Positions 49,020 to 59,656 are shown, counted from the first letter of the stretch. The stretch: DNA of 64,000 nucleotides from Pyrinomonadaceae bacterium (GCA_046313635.1 JBKBYA010000004.1:1-64000); one strand, 5' to 3'. Translations and numbers: made by a program. Notes: generated from the sequence alone by a model not told the origin.

Positions 49020-52000
49020 TCAACCCTCGCGGAGCTGCGAGAGCGCGGCCGCGGCGGCGGCGATAGGGCCTTCGCCGTCTGCCAGCGGCACCCGAAGTAT
49101 GCCGCTCGGCGAAAAGCTTGCACCTTCATTCTCGGAGAGGAACGTCATCAGCCGCTCGGGCGAGACACGGACGTTCTCGCTCATCTTGATGGCGAGCCCG
49201 TCCTTTGCCCGGTCGATCGAGACGACGCGCATCGACTCGGCGAGACGCCGCAGCCGGCCGTATTCAAAAAGTTTCTCGACCTGGTCGGGGAGCCGGCCGT
49301 AGCGGTCGATCAGCTCGTCGTGGATGCGTGCAAGCTCGTCGTCGCTGTCGGCCGACGAGATACGCTTGTAGGTGCGAAGCCGCTGGCTCGTATCCGAGAT
49401 GTACTCCTTGGGGATCGAGACGTCGACGCCGACGTTGATCGAGACGCCGATCTCGTCAGAGACCTCTTCGCCGCGGATCTCGGCGATCGTCCGCTCGAGC
49501 ATCTTGGTGTAGAGATCAAAGCCGAGCGCGTCCAGGTGCCCCGACTGCTGGCCGCCGAGGATGTTGCCCGCGCCGCGGAGCTCGAGATCGAGCGCCGCTA
49601 TCCGGAATCCGGCGCCGAGGTCCGAGAATTCGCGTATCGCGCTCAGACGCCGCCGTGCGATCGGCGTCAGCTCGAGCTCGCTCGGTATCAGCAGGTATGC
49701 ATACGCGCGCCGATTCGAGCGTCCGACGCGGCCGCGAAGCTGGTAGAGCTGCGATAGGCCGTACGTGTCGGCGCGATTGATGATGATCGTGTTTGCCCGC
49801 GGGATGTCGATGCCGTTCTCGATGATCGTCGTCGCGACGAGAATGTCGTACTTAAAGTCCATGAAATCGAGCATCACCTGCTCCATTTCTTTCTCGTTCA
49901 TCTGCCCGTGCCCGACGGCGATGCGGGCCGACGGGACGATCTTTTTGATCAGGGCCGCGATCGGCTCGATCGTCTCGACGCGGTTGTGAATGAAAAAGAC
50001 CTGCCCGCTGCGCGCGAGCTCGAGCTCGATCGCCGAGCGGATCACGCCCTCAGAGAACTGCACGACCTGCGTATTGATCGCGAGTCGATCGCGCGGCGGC
50101 GTCTCGATCACCGACATATCGCGCATACCGACGAGCGCCATGTTGAGCGTTCGGGGTATCGGCGTCGCCGAGAGCGTAAGCACGTCGACCTTCTTCTTGA
50201 GCTGTTTTAGCTTTTCTTTATGACCGACGCCGAAGCGCTGCTCTTCGTCGACGATGACCAGGCCGAGTCGCGGGAATTTGACATCGGTCGAGAGCAGGCG
50301 ATGCGTGCCGATGAGGATGTCGACGTCGCCTTTTTCGGTCTTTTCGACGACGGCTTTTTGTTCGCGCGTCGAGCGAAAGCGCGACAGCAGATCGATCTTT
50401 ACCGGGAACGCGCCGAATCGCCGCGTGAACGTCTCAAAGTGCTGGTACGCGAGCACCGTCGTCGGCGTCAGCACCGCGACCTGCTTGCCGTCCATCACGG
50501 CCTTAAAGGCGGCCCGCATCGCGACCTCGGTCTTGCCGTATCCGACGTCGCCCACGACGAGCCGGTCCATCGGCCGCGGCGCCTCCATATCCTCTTTGAC
50601 GGCGTCGATCGTCGTCGCCTGATCGGCCGTCAGATCGTACGGGAAGGCATCTTCGAACTCGAGCTGCCACGGCCCGTCGGGCTGGAATGCGTAGCCCTGC
50701 ACGAGCTTTCGCTCGGCGTAGAGCCGGAGGAGCTCGTCGGCCATATCGCGCATCGCGCGTTTTGCCTTGGCCTTGGTCTTTTGCCAGCCGATACCGCCGA
50801 GCCGGTCCAGCGTCGGAGCCGCGGCCTCGCCCGAGGCGTAACGCGACACGAGATCGAGCCGCTCGACCGGGACAAAGAGCTTTGCGTTATCGGCATAGAC
50901 CAGCAGCATGAACTCGCGTTCGCCGCCGCCGCCTGCGTTGATCGTCTGCAGTCCCTCGAATCGCCCGATGCCGTGATCGACGTGCACGACGTAATCGCCC
51001 TGCTTGAGATCGCGAAAGTCGGAGATGAATGCGCCGACATTTGACCTGGCACGCTTCGGCGCGGTCGTGCGCGTGCCGATCTCGGCATGCTGGCTCTCGC
51101 CAAAAACGTCGATCTCGGTATAAACGGTCAGCCGCGCCGACGGCAGCTCAAAGCCGCCCGAGAGATCGCCGACGATCAGCGACTCGGGCGCGACGCTCGC
51201 GTCGTACTCGCGCAGCACGTCATTCAGCCGCTCGGCAAGACCGGTCGTTTGCATTACCAAAAGGCTGGTGACCCGATCGCTCCTGATCGCCTCTGAAAAC
51301 TGCCTGATATCGCCGCCGAACTTGCGCGTCGAGCGTGAAGTGATCTCGATATCGGTCGATCGCTCGGCGGTCGGAAACAAGAAGAGGGGCGTGAAAGGTT
51401 CAGCGTTCAGGGTTCCGAGTTCAGAGTTGTTTTCAGGCGCGGCGCCCTGAACTCTGACCTCCGATCTTCCGCTGTCGAGCATCCCGAACTGCTCGTCGAT
51501 AGCGGCCGCGGTCTTGCCGAGCGCGCGCAGCTCGACCCGCGGCGACGAGCCGATCCGCTCGCGAAGCTCCTCCGGCTCGAGAAACAATTCTTTTGGCTCG
51601 AGCGCGACGTCGCCCAGATCGAGCGTCTGCCGGTATCGCCGCCCGAGGTCGTCATACAGTGAGCCGAGCGTCTGCTCGATCACCGGCGGCTCGTCGACGA
51701 CGAGCACCGAGTCGTCGAGATAGTCAAACAGCGTCCCCGTCAGAGGCTTGCTCAGCGGCAGCAAAAACTCCCATCCCGAAAACGTCTCGCCCGCCTCGGC
51801 AAAATCCGTCCGGTCCCGGAGATTGCGTGCAAACCGCTCGTCGCCGAAGCGGTCCTCGGCAAATAGCGCCCATTCGCGCATATCTTCGGCGGACGCGGCA
51901 AACTCGCGCATCGGGGCGATCGCCGTCTCCTTGAGCTGGCCGGTCGAGAGCTGAGTGTCGGGGTCGAAGGCGCGGATCGAGTCGACCGTGTCGCCAAAGA

Positions 52001-52616
52001 ATTCGACCCGCACGGGCTGCTCCTCGCCCGGCGACCATATGTCGAAAATTCCGCCGCGGATCGAGAATTGTCCGACGTTGTAGATCGGGTCCTCGCGCAC
52101 GTAGCCGGCCGCCGCGAGGCGATCGACCAGTTCGTCGGGAGCGAAGTCCTCGTCCCGCCGCAGTACGGCGCCGAGATCTCGGATCTGTTCGGGAGCGATC
52201 GTTCTGCCGACGAGAGCGCGGGCGGTCGTGACGACAAATCCCGGCCGGCGCTTGGTCAGCCGCCAGAGGGCCGTCGCGCGGCGCTCCTCGGTCTCGGCGT
52301 GCGGCGACACGCCGGAGTAAACGTCGGTATCGAATGACGGGATCGAGACGATCGACGGCGGCTCTCCGCCGTCCGTCGGCGCATCGGCGAGATTCGAGGT
52401 CCAAAACCTCAGATCGCAGTCGAATGTATCGAGCGAGCTATTCGAGTCGGTGACGACAACGAGCGTCTTGCCCGCCCGGCGCTGAAGTCGCGCGAGCACA
52501 AAGGCCTTGGCCGACGGCGAGGTCAGCCCGCCGATCGACACGACACGAGCGCCGCGGCGCACCTCTTCGACGAGGCGGCCGATCTCAATGCTTTCTTCGA
52601 CGATCGATCGCGACAT
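49020..52616 (-). CDS. mfd: Transcription-repair coupling factor
   Basis: GDYVVHVDHGIG, GDVGYGKTEVA, DEEQRFGV, QLRGRVGRS, TRCF C-terminus. Confidence 0.97.
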   Translation of the reverse strand: MSRSIVEESIEIGRLVEEVRRGARVVSIGGLTSPSAKAFVLARLQRRAGKTLVVVTDSNSSLDTFDCDLRFWTSNLADAPTDGGEPPSIVSIPSFDTDVYSGVSPHAETEERRATALWRLTKRRPGFVVTTARALVGRTIAPEQIRDLGAVLRRDEDFAPDELVDRLAAAGYVREDPIYNVGQFSIRGGIFDIWSPGEEQPVRVEFFGDTVDSIRAFDPDTQLSTGQLKETAIAPMREFAASAEDMREWALFAEDRFGDERFARNLRDRTDFAEAGETFSGWEFLLPLSKPLTGTLFDYLDDSVLVVDEPPVIEQTLGSLYDDLGRRYRQTLDLGDVALEPKELFLEPEELRERIGSSPRVELRALGKTAAAIDEQFGMLDSGRSEVRVQGAAPENNSELGTLNAEPFTPLFLFPTAERSTDIEITSRSTRKFGGDIRQFSEAIRSDRVTSLLVMQTTGLAERLNDVLREYDASVAPESLIVGDLSGGFELPSARLTVYTEIDVFGESQHAEIGTRTTAPKRARSNVGAFISDFRDLKQGDYVVHVDHGIGRFEGLQTINAGGGGEREFMLLVYADNAKLFVPVERLDLVSRYASGEAAAPTLDRLGGIGWQKTKAKAKRAMRDMADELLRLYAERKLVQGYAFQPDGPWQLEFEDAFPYDLTADQATTIDAVKEDMEAPRPMDRLVVGDVGYGKTEVAMRAAFKAVMDGKQVAVLTPTTVLAYQHFETFTRRFGAFPVKIDLLSRFRSTREQKAVVEKTEKGDVDILIGTHRLLSTDVKFPRLGLVIVDEEQRFGVGHKEKLKQLKKKVDVLTLSATPIPRTLNMALVGMRDMSVIETPPRDRLAINTQVVQFSEGVIRSAIELELARSGQVFFIHNRVETIEPIAALIKKIVPSARIAVGHGQMNEKEMEQVMLDFMDFKYDILVATTIIENGIDIPRANTIIINRADTYGLSQLYQLRGRVGRSNRRAYAYLLIPSELELTPIARRRLSAIREFSDLGAGFRIAALDLELRGAGNILGGQQSGHLDALGFDLYTKMLERTIAEIRGEEVSDEIGVSINVGVDVSIPKEYISDTSQRLRTYKRISSADSDDELARIHDELIDRYGRLPDQVEKLFEYGRLRRLAESMRVVSIDRAKDGLAIKMSENVRVSPERLMTFLSENEGASFSPSGILRVPLADGEGPIAAAAAALSQLREG
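51396..51471. repeat. Degenerate inverted heptamer element inside mfd
   Basis: AGGTTCA GCGTTCA GGGTTCC GAGTTCA GAGTTGT ... CCCTGAA CTCTGAC CTCCGAT. Confidence 0.7.
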
Positions 52617-52821
52617 AAAAACGCAAGAATCCGCAAGAAAGGCCGCGCGAGGAGCGGTCGTTTCTGTGCGGTGCGGTTTTTATCTTGCCATATTGCGTCG
52701 GTATCTGCACAAAGCGGCGCGAATGTCGTACCTCCGAAATAACTTATAGCTGATAGTTGTTAGTTTGCCGCCTGTCGATGAGGGGCAATATAATCGGGTC
52801 TTTATCCCGCTGCAGCAAAAT

Positions 52822-54432
52822 ATGAGCATTCCCGACTTTGAGGACATAATCGAGCCGAACGATCAGACCGAGGCACGTCGTGCGCATCTCGAGGCCATTC
52901 GCAAGATGGTCGGCAACGCCTACCCGAACAAGTTCGAGCGCAGCCGACTCTCGGGCGGCGAAGACACGATCACCGCGCTTCTCGATCACGGTCCGGTCGC
53001 CGAGATCGCGGCCGAGATGGCCGAGGTCAGATCGAAGCTCGAGCCCGGCCAGCGGCCGCCGGCAGAGGTCAAGGACCGTTTGAATGCGCGTCTTAAGGAA
53101 CTCGGGACGGTCCGCATCTCGGGTCGGCTGACAACGCCGCCGCGAGGCAACTTTGTCCATCTCACAGACGGCGTCGGCAAGCTGCAGATCTACTGCAAAA
53201 AGGGCGAATTCACGGTTCTTAAAAACCTCCGCGACTCGCAAGACTCTCCAGACTCTCTCGACTCTCAAGACTCGTGGTCTGTCTGGCAGATGATCGACCA
53301 CGGCGATTTTGTCGGCGTCGAGGGATATCTCTTTGTGACCAACACGGGCGAGGTCTCTGTGCACGTCGAGCGGCTGCAGTTTCTGGCAAAGGCACTGCTC
53401 CCGATGCCCGATAAGATGCACGGCATCGCGGACGCCGAGATCCGCCAGCGGCAGCGCTACGTCGATCTGATCGGCTCGAGCCTCGCGGTAGAGCACGAAG
53501 GCCTGACGACGCGCGAGGTATTTGAATTACGCGCAAAGACGATCTCGTCCATCCGCCGATTTCTCGAAGACCACGGCTATATCGAGGTCGAGACTCCGAT
53601 GCTCACGCCAAAGGCGACCGGAGCGGCGGCCAGGCCATTCGTCACGCATCACAACGCGCTCGACATCACGCTCTACGCGCGGATCGCGCCCGAGCTGTAT
53701 CTCAAGCGGCTGCTCGTCGGCGGGTTTGAAAAGGTCTACGAGCTCAACCGCAACTTCCGCAACGAGGGCATCTCGTACAAGCACAATCCCGAGTTCACGA
53801 TGCTCGAATTCTATTGTGCGTATATGGACGTCCACGGGATGATGGACTTTTGCGAAGAGCTGATCCGCGAGTCGGTTCAGAAAGCGACCGGCGGATTGCA
53901 GGTCGAATACGAAGGGAACGTTATCGACTTCTCCAAATTCGAACGCGTGCCGATGCGCGATGTAATACTCAGATTTCATCCTGAAGCGGAGATCGACGAC
54001 CGCAATATTCTCGACTGGTTCGATCGGGTCGAGCCCAAGATCATCCAGCCCACATTTGTGATCGATTATCCAAGGTCGATCTCGCCGCTCTCAAAGGCTT
54101 CGCCCGACGACCCGCGTGTTGCCGAGCGGTTTGAGCTGTTCATCAACGGGATGGAGGTCGCCAACGGCTTCAGCGAGCTGAACGACCCGCGCGAGCAGTA
54201 CGACCGCTTCGTCGATCAGATGGCCGAGCGCGAACGCGGCGACGACGAGGCGATGGTGCTCGACGAGGATTACATCCGCGCCCTCGCCTACGGCATGCCG
54301 CCCGCCGCCGGCATCGGCGTAGGCATCGACCGCCTCGTGATGCTGCTCACCAACAAGCACTCGATCCGCGACGTCATCCTCTTCCCGCACATGCGCCCCG
54401 AGAAGTCCGACAAGTCAGAACCACCCGCGTAA
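52822..54432 (+). CDS. lysS: Lysine--tRNA ligase (class II)
   Basis: [39 protein letters not shown]. Confidence 0.97.
   Translation: MSIPDFEDIIEPNDQTEARRAHLEAIRKMVGNAYPNKFERSRLSGGEDTITALLDHGPVAEIAAEMAEVRSKLEPGQRPPAEVKDRLNARLKELGTVRISGRLTTPPRGNFVHLTDGVGKLQIYCKKGEFTVLKNLRDSQDSPDSLDSQDSWSVWQMIDHGDFVGVEGYLFVTNTGEVSVHVERLQFLAKALLPMPDKMHGIADAEIRQRQRYVDLIGSSLAVEHEGLTTREVFELRAKTISSIRRFLEDHGYIEVETPMLTPKATGAAARPFVTHHNALDITLYARIAPELYLKRLLVGGFEKVYELNRNFRNEGISYKHNPEFTMLEFYCAYMDVHGMMDFCEELIRESVQKATGGLQVEYEGNVIDFSKFERVPMRDVILRFHPEAEIDDRNILDWFDRVEPKIIQPTFVIDYPRSISPLSKASPDDPRVAERFELFINGMEVANGFSELNDPREQYDRFVDQMAERERGDDEAMVLDEDYIRALAYGMPPAAGIGVGIDRLVMLLTNKHSIRDVILFPHMRPEKSDKSEPPA
53233..53274 (+). repeat. In-frame nonamer tandem repeat (GACTCTCAA-like) in lysS
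   Basis: GACTCGCAA GACTCTCCA GACTCTCTC GACTCTCAA GACTCG encoding [14 protein letters not shown]. Confidence 0.85.
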
Positions 54433-54587
54433 GCGGGTGGGCTCCTGCTCCACGGCCACCCGACCCCGCAGTCGAACCCCTGCAAGTCAGAACCACCCCG
54501 CGTAAGCGGGTGGGCTCTTCGAGCGTTGTCAGCAGAAACCTCGGTCAAATGCGACCAAGTCAGAACCACCCCCCGAAAGCGGGTGGC
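54411..54587 (+). repeat. Three tandem REP copies (72-73 bp period)
   Basis: CAAGTCAGAACCACCC(C)GCGTAAGCGGGTGGG at 54411 and 54483; variant at 54556. Confidence 0.9.
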
Positions 54588-54620
54588 CTGTTCCAACGTT
54601 GTCAGCAAACAACGCCGCTC

Positions 54621-55148
54621 TCACCGCTTCCAATCATCAAGCTCACGCAGGTCCTCGCCCTGACCGCTTTCCACGTAGTCGCAGGCGTTTGCGATGCTCT
54701 CCTCATTCCAAAGCCAACGGCAGCTTCCTTTGCCGACCCACGGCGAGAGCTCAGAGTCCCAGATGCCGCTTTCGCGCATCATGCGGGTGGCGTACGCCTT
54801 GAAAGAATTCAGGGCCCGATCCGGCAGAGACGCTCCGATCGCAACAACGACATGAACGTGATTTGTTCTCACATTGATCGCGAGGAGCCGCCATCCGCGA
54901 TGACGGCAGACTCCACGGATAGCTTCCTCGACCGCTCGTCTGCGCGCGGCGTCGAGCGTCACAGGCGGCTGCTTGAGAGACTTACGGTTATGGTCTTGCC
55001 ACGCGACCTTTCGAGGAATGCGCGGCGATCCGAATTTGTTGTTGTGACGATCGATCGACCCGCGTTCGTCGCCGTGCAGCCAAGTGCCGTGCGTGCGGAA
55101 GGTGATCAGGAACGCAAGGGGGACATCGGTGTCGTTCCATTTTGCCAT
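54621..55148 (-). mobile_element. HUH Y1 transposase, REP-associated (RAYT / TnpA-REP type)
   Basis: [17 protein letters not shown] motif, FKAYATR, ACDYV; REP hairpins inverted on both sides. Confidence 0.88.
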
Positions 55149-55197
55149 GGCGGCGGATGGTAGCGCGGTGCCGCGTGGGACTCAAGGCGGCCAAGAA

Positions 55198-55229
55198 CCC
55201 ACCCGCTTACGCGGGGTGGTTCTGACTTG
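55198..55229 (-). repeat. REP copy inverted relative to 54411-54587
   Basis: CCCACCCGCTTACGCGGGGTGGTTCTGACTTG is the exact reverse complement of 54483-54514. Confidence 0.92.
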
Positions 55230-55313
55230 GCAAAAGCTCTCGTGTTGCTTTCGGCGGCACGAGAGCTTTATTTTGTCTATACCGTCCCCGACGGCGCGAT
55301 CCGCTGCCCGCCA

Positions 55314-56150
55314 ATGAAGACATTCATCTACACCGCATTTGCACTCGTCGCGTTCGCGTTCAACTCGATCCTATGCCGAATGGCGCTCAGGCCGGACGAG
55401 ATCGACCCCGCAGGCTTTACCGCGATCAGGCTCGCGTCCGGTGCGGTCACGCTTGGATTGCTCGTTTACCTGACGAGCGACAACAAGGGCGTGTTGAAGA
55501 CCGGGCATTGGCTCTCGGCGATCTTTCTGTCTGCGTATGCGATCTGTTTTTCGTTCGCGTATATGGGGCTGAATGCGGGAACGGGAGCGCTCATTCTATT
55601 CGGCTCGGTACAGCTCTCGATGATCGGCGTCGCGATGATCCGCGGCGAAAGTCCAAGCGGCAAAGAATGGCTCGGGCTCGTTGTCGCCGCTGGCGGACTC
55701 GTTTACCTGCTGTGGCCCGGTTTGACCACTTCGCCGCCGACCACGAGCGCGGCGCTGATGGCCGCGGCTGGCATCGCGTGGGGCGGCTATACGCTCCGCG
55801 GCAAAGGGAGCTCGAGCCCGCTGGCCGATACGGCGGGGAATTTCATTCGCACGGTGCCGATGGCGGCGGTCGCGGCCGTCGTTTATCTGCGCGACCTGCA
55901 TTTGACGCAGCGGGGCGTGCTGCTCGCAGTGATCTCCGGAGCCATCGCGTCGGGCATCGGCTACACAGCTTGGTATGCCGCGCTGAAGCATCACACCGCG
56001 ACACGCGCGGCCATACTCCAGCTCTCGGTGCCGCTGATCACGGCCGCCGGCGGAGTGCTGCTCCTCAGTGAGGCCGCGACGACGCGCCTTTGGATCTCGG
56101 CCGCGCTTATACTCGGCGGGATCGCCGTGGCCACCCTGGCCCGGCGTTGA
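55314..56150 (+). CDS. DMT/EamA family transporter
   Basis: About 10 TM; AFAFNSILCR, GYTAWY, QLSVP. Confidence 0.9.
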   Translation: MKTFIYTAFALVAFAFNSILCRMALRPDEIDPAGFTAIRLASGAVTLGLLVYLTSDNKGVLKTGHWLSAIFLSAYAICFSFAYMGLNAGTGALILFGSVQLSMIGVAMIRGESPSGKEWLGLVVAAGGLVYLLWPGLTTSPPTTSAALMAAAGIAWGGYTLRGKGSSSPLADTAGNFIRTVPMAAVAAVVYLRDLHLTQRGVLLAVISGAIASGIGYTAWYAALKHHTATRAAILQLSVPLITAAGGVLLLSEAATTRLWISAALILGGIAVATLARR

Positions 56151-56165
56151 CACGCTGCTCCCTAC

Positions 56166-56194
56166 AAAAAGAAAAAGGGCGGCCGAGGCCGCCC
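56166..56194 (-). terminator. Intrinsic terminator of the TonB-dependent receptor gene
   Basis: GGGCGGCC-N2-GGCCGCCC then T tract on the minus strand. Confidence 0.75.
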
Positions 56195-56217
56195 AAACAT
56201 TCGCAAACTCCTGCCGA

Positions 56218-59200
56218 TCAAAACACGAGTCTTGCTCCGAGAATGACGCGGCGATTGCCGCCGTTGGTCGCTCCCTCGTTGAGGAAGTTGGCGCCGGCGG
56301 TGATCGTCGAGTTTGGTATGCCGTAGTTGCGCAGGTTAAAGGCATTGAACATGTCAGCCCTGATCTGCACACGTACGTTCTCGGTGATCCGCGTATTCTT
56401 GATGACCCCGAAGTCGACCAGCTTGATCCCGTCGGCCCGCAGGATGTTGCGGCCGGCGTTGCCGACACGCTGGCCTGGATCGAGCGCTCGGAAGAGGCTC
56501 GCTCCGCCCGCCCGCCTGATCTCGTTGATCGACATTCGCGAAAGATCGAGTGTCGTATTCAGGTTCGGCCTGATCGGGTTACCGACAAGTCCGTCGATGC
56601 CGCAGACGGCACATGCCGGGTCGCTTCCGAGAAAGACCGTGAACGGCGCTCCGCTCTGGAAGGTAAAGAACGAGTTTACCTGCCAGCCGCCGAGCAGTCG
56701 GCCCAAGACGCCCTGCTGCTGGCGGTAGAAGGGCATTTCGTACACGACGTTGCCGGTGAGCCTGTGCGGCCGGTCGTAGCTCGACCGCGCACGGTCGGCC
56801 CGCCGGTTGAAGGAGTCCTGCGCGACCGCGACCTCGCCGGTCGACGGATTAAAGATCTCAGATCCGTCGTCGATGAACGCGCTGAAGGTATAGTGCAGGC
56901 CAAAGCTCACGCCGCGCGACAGACGTTTGTCGAGGCTCGCCTGCAACGCGTCGTAGGTCGAGCTGCCCGAGTTGGTACGCAAGCGGATCGTTTCGAGATT
57001 GGGATTGACCCGATTGCCGAAGTTCGGATTGGTGCCGACGACCCGGCAGACGCGTCCGGGCAGGCACGGATTGCCGTCGACCGTCTGAAAGAGCCGCGTG
57101 CCCCGAGTGCGGACATAGCCGATCTTAAAGACCGTGTCCGAGTTGAGCTCTCGCTGCAGCTCCAGCGAGAACTGGTCGTACACCGGCGCGCCGAAGTCAT
57201 TCGAGACGACCGTGCGGACGAGCCGATTCGGCTCGGCGACGTTCGGCACCGTCGTATTTCGCATCGCGGTGAACGCGCCGACGGTCGAGACGTTCTGAGC
57301 GGCGACGAAGGGGAACGAGCTGAAGACATTCAGGTTGATGTTGATGAAATTGGCGTCGAAGGTTCGCGCGTAGCCGCCGCGGATGACGAGTTTGTCGCGG
57401 CCGGTGATCCAGCCGAGAACGCCTTTGCCAGACGTGCTCGGGTTCCAGTTGAAGCCGAGCCGCGGCATCCAGTTGTCGTTATCGACCTTGGGTACGGGAT
57501 CGAACCGGAACGCGGCGTTATTGCCGTTCGCGGCGAGAATGCGCTTGTTGAGCTCCTTGAGATAACTAAAGGAGTCGCCCGGATATTCGTATCTCACACC
57601 GAAAGACAGGGTGAGCGACGGCCTTACGCGCCATTGGTCCTGAACGTAGGCGTAGTACTCCCACCACCGATAAAAGCCGATGACGTCGCCGCCGGCCAGC
57701 GGCAGGTTGATCGTCGCGGTCTGGGCGATATCGTTGACGAAGTTATTCAGCGTCGTATATGCGAGCCGCCCGCGCACGGTGGGGAAGAAAAAGCTCTTCA
57801 CGTCGGTACGGCGAAGATCGACGCCGAACTTTATCGTGTGACCGCCGGTCGCAAACGTCATCGAATCGGTGAACTGATACGTGTCGTTGATGCGAAACTG
57901 CGGCAGGTTGACCGCCAGACCGATGGCCGTCCTGCTGGCCGCGGCATTAAAGCCGAGCATTCCGAGCTGCGATATCTCGATCGAGGGGATCGTCTCGGAC
58001 GACGGGTCTTGGGCACCGGTCGTCGAGTCAAATCGCGACCACGCAAGCCTCGCCTCGTTTGACCATTTGCTTGAGAGGATCGTATTGAGTACCGTCGTCG
58101 CGGCCTTGGTCTTGGTCTTGTTGACCGTCGTCAGGCCGGGCGGCGTCACCTGTCCGGTGCCGGACGTATTCTGGTAGTCGTAACGGTAGCGGGCGTAAAA
58201 GAGGTTGCGGTCGTTGAATCGATGATCGATGCGCGCCGACCCCTGATGGTCGTCGAACACGAACGATGACGAGCCCGTTACGTTGCCGAGCGGTACGGTG
58301 TAGGTCTGACTGCCGATCGTGAACGTGGCCGACGTGCCGTTGGGCGTTCCCGGCGGAACGAACTGGAGCAGGGCCTGAACCTGCGGCCTGCCCGCGGCGA
58401 CACTCTGCAGCACCGCGCGGCCCTCGGCCGTCGGAGCGCCGTTAAGCGTAAAGCCCGATCCGAGCGCGCGGTCGGACCACCGCTGATAGTCGACAAAGAA
58501 AAAGGTCTTGTCCTTTCCTTTCCAAATGTACGGGTCGTTGCCGTCGCCAAGCCAAGGCAGCCACACCGGCCCGCCGACCGTGAAACCGATCTGGTTCTCG
58601 AGACGGCGGGGAGCCCGCTTGCGCGACTCGACGGTCGCCAGCTTGTTGCAGAAGCCGGCCGCCTTGTCGAGATTGCTGCAGGAATTGAGATGCTCGTTAT
58701 TGTGAAACCAAAAGACGGAGCCGTGAAAATCGTTGGTGCCAGAGCGGCTCACAAAGTTCACGACCGAGCCGGCGTTGCGGCCGTACTCAGGCAGGAACTG
58801 GTTGGTGATGATCCTGACCTCCTGGATCGCGTCTGGATTGTTGAGCGCGATCTGACCGCCGGCAACGCTCGGGTCGTTGATATCCTGCCCGTCGATCATA
58901 AAGTTGTTTGACCGAACGCGGCCGCCGTTTGCCGAAAAGTTGACGCCGTTGGCAAATCCGGTCTGACCGCTTCCGAGCTGGCTGACGCCGGGCACCGACA
59001 GGAGTACGTTGTACACGTTCCTGTTGGTCGCGATCGGGAGCTCCGAGAGACGCCGCTCGTCAAAGCGCGTGGCTATCTCGGGCGTCGACGTGTTCAGCGC
59101 CGATGCATTCTCGGTGACGGTCACGATCTCGGTGACGCCGCCGGCCTTCAGCGCGGCGTCAACGACCGCATCCTGGTTTGCTACCAGAAGCACGCCGCTC

Positions 59201-59472
59201 CGGACGAGTTTTGCGAAGTTAGCGGCCTCGACCGTGACCTCGTACTGCCCGATGGGCAGATTAGTGAACAAAAAACGGCCCTCGCCGCCGGTCACCGTCG
59301 TTCGCGAAAATCCGGTGTCAGTATTCCTTACCGTTACCGTGGCCCCGGGCACGACCGATTGCTGTTCGTCGTACACGGTTCCCGAGATCGAGGCCGTCGA
59401 CGTCTGAGCGGACGCGACTGCCGCGATGATCGAGATCAGCACGAGAGTGCCGATCAGCTTGAACGCCTTCAT
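56218..59472 (-). CDS. TonB-dependent receptor (Oar-like)
   Basis: GGAGGT RBS; signal peptide; PEYGRNAG, SGTNDFHGS; C-terminal ARLVF. Confidence 0.92.
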   Translation of the reverse strand: MKAFKLIGTLVLISIIAAVASAQTSTASISGTVYDEQQSVVPGATVTVRNTDTGFSRTTVTGGEGRFLFTNLPIGQYEVTVEAANFAKLVRSGVLLVANQDAVVDAALKAGGVTEIVTVTENASALNTSTPEIATRFDERRLSELPIATNRNVYNVLLSVPGVSQLGSGQTGFANGVNFSANGGRVRSNNFMIDGQDINDPSVAGGQIALNNPDAIQEVRIITNQFLPEYGRNAGSVVNFVSRSGTNDFHGSVFWFHNNEHLNSCSNLDKAAGFCNKLATVESRKRAPRRLENQIGFTVGGPVWLPWLGDGNDPYIWKGKDKTFFFVDYQRWSDRALGSGFTLNGAPTAEGRAVLQSVAAGRPQVQALLQFVPPGTPNGTSATFTIGSQTYTVPLGNVTGSSSFVFDDHQGSARIDHRFNDRNLFYARYRYDYQNTSGTGQVTPPGLTTVNKTKTKAATTVLNTILSSKWSNEARLAWSRFDSTTGAQDPSSETIPSIEISQLGMLGFNAAASRTAIGLAVNLPQFRINDTYQFTDSMTFATGGHTIKFGVDLRRTDVKSFFFPTVRGRLAYTTLNNFVNDIAQTATINLPLAGGDVIGFYRWWEYYAYVQDQWRVRPSLTLSFGVRYEYPGDSFSYLKELNKRILAANGNNAAFRFDPVPKVDNDNWMPRLGFNWNPSTSGKGVLGWITGRDKLVIRGGYARTFDANFININLNVFSSFPFVAAQNVSTVGAFTAMRNTTVPNVAEPNRLVRTVVSNDFGAPVYDQFSLELQRELNSDTVFKIGYVRTRGTRLFQTVDGNPCLPGRVCRVVGTNPNFGNRVNPNLETIRLRTNSGSSTYDALQASLDKRLSRGVSFGLHYTFSAFIDDGSEIFNPSTGEVAVAQDSFNRRADRARSSYDRPHRLTGNVVYEMPFYRQQQGVLGRLLGGWQVNSFFTFQSGAPFTVFLGSDPACAVCGIDGLVGNPIRPNLNTTLDLSRMSINEIRRAGGASLFRALDPGQRVGNAGRNILRADGIKLVDFGVIKNTRITENVRVQIRADMFNAFNLRNYGIPNSTITAGANFLNEGATNGGNRRVILGARLVF

Positions 59473-59656
59473 ACGATCCACCTCCAAACAAAGTTAGCTA
59501 GATAAAGACGACCGGTAAAATAAGACCAGCTAAGTCCAAGTATTAATGGATCTGATCAGCGAAGCGGCGGAATTGTACAACAAGCTGGAGCCGAATTGGA
59601 AATGACGACGCGGCCGCGCCGGCGGCGAAAGGCTCGGGTAGGGCCGTCCGCGTGCC

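Noticed and set aside
52741..52768. Short heptamer-like run (TTATAGC TGATAGT TGTTAGT) before lysS
   Set aside because: Too short and degenerate to call, though possibly a relic of the same repeat class.
54411..54610. CRISPR-like periodicity (about 31-nt repeat, 72-73 bp period)
   Set aside because: Only three degenerate units, spacers share sequence (CGTTGTCAGCA), an inverted copy lies across a HUH transposase, and no cas genes: REP cluster.
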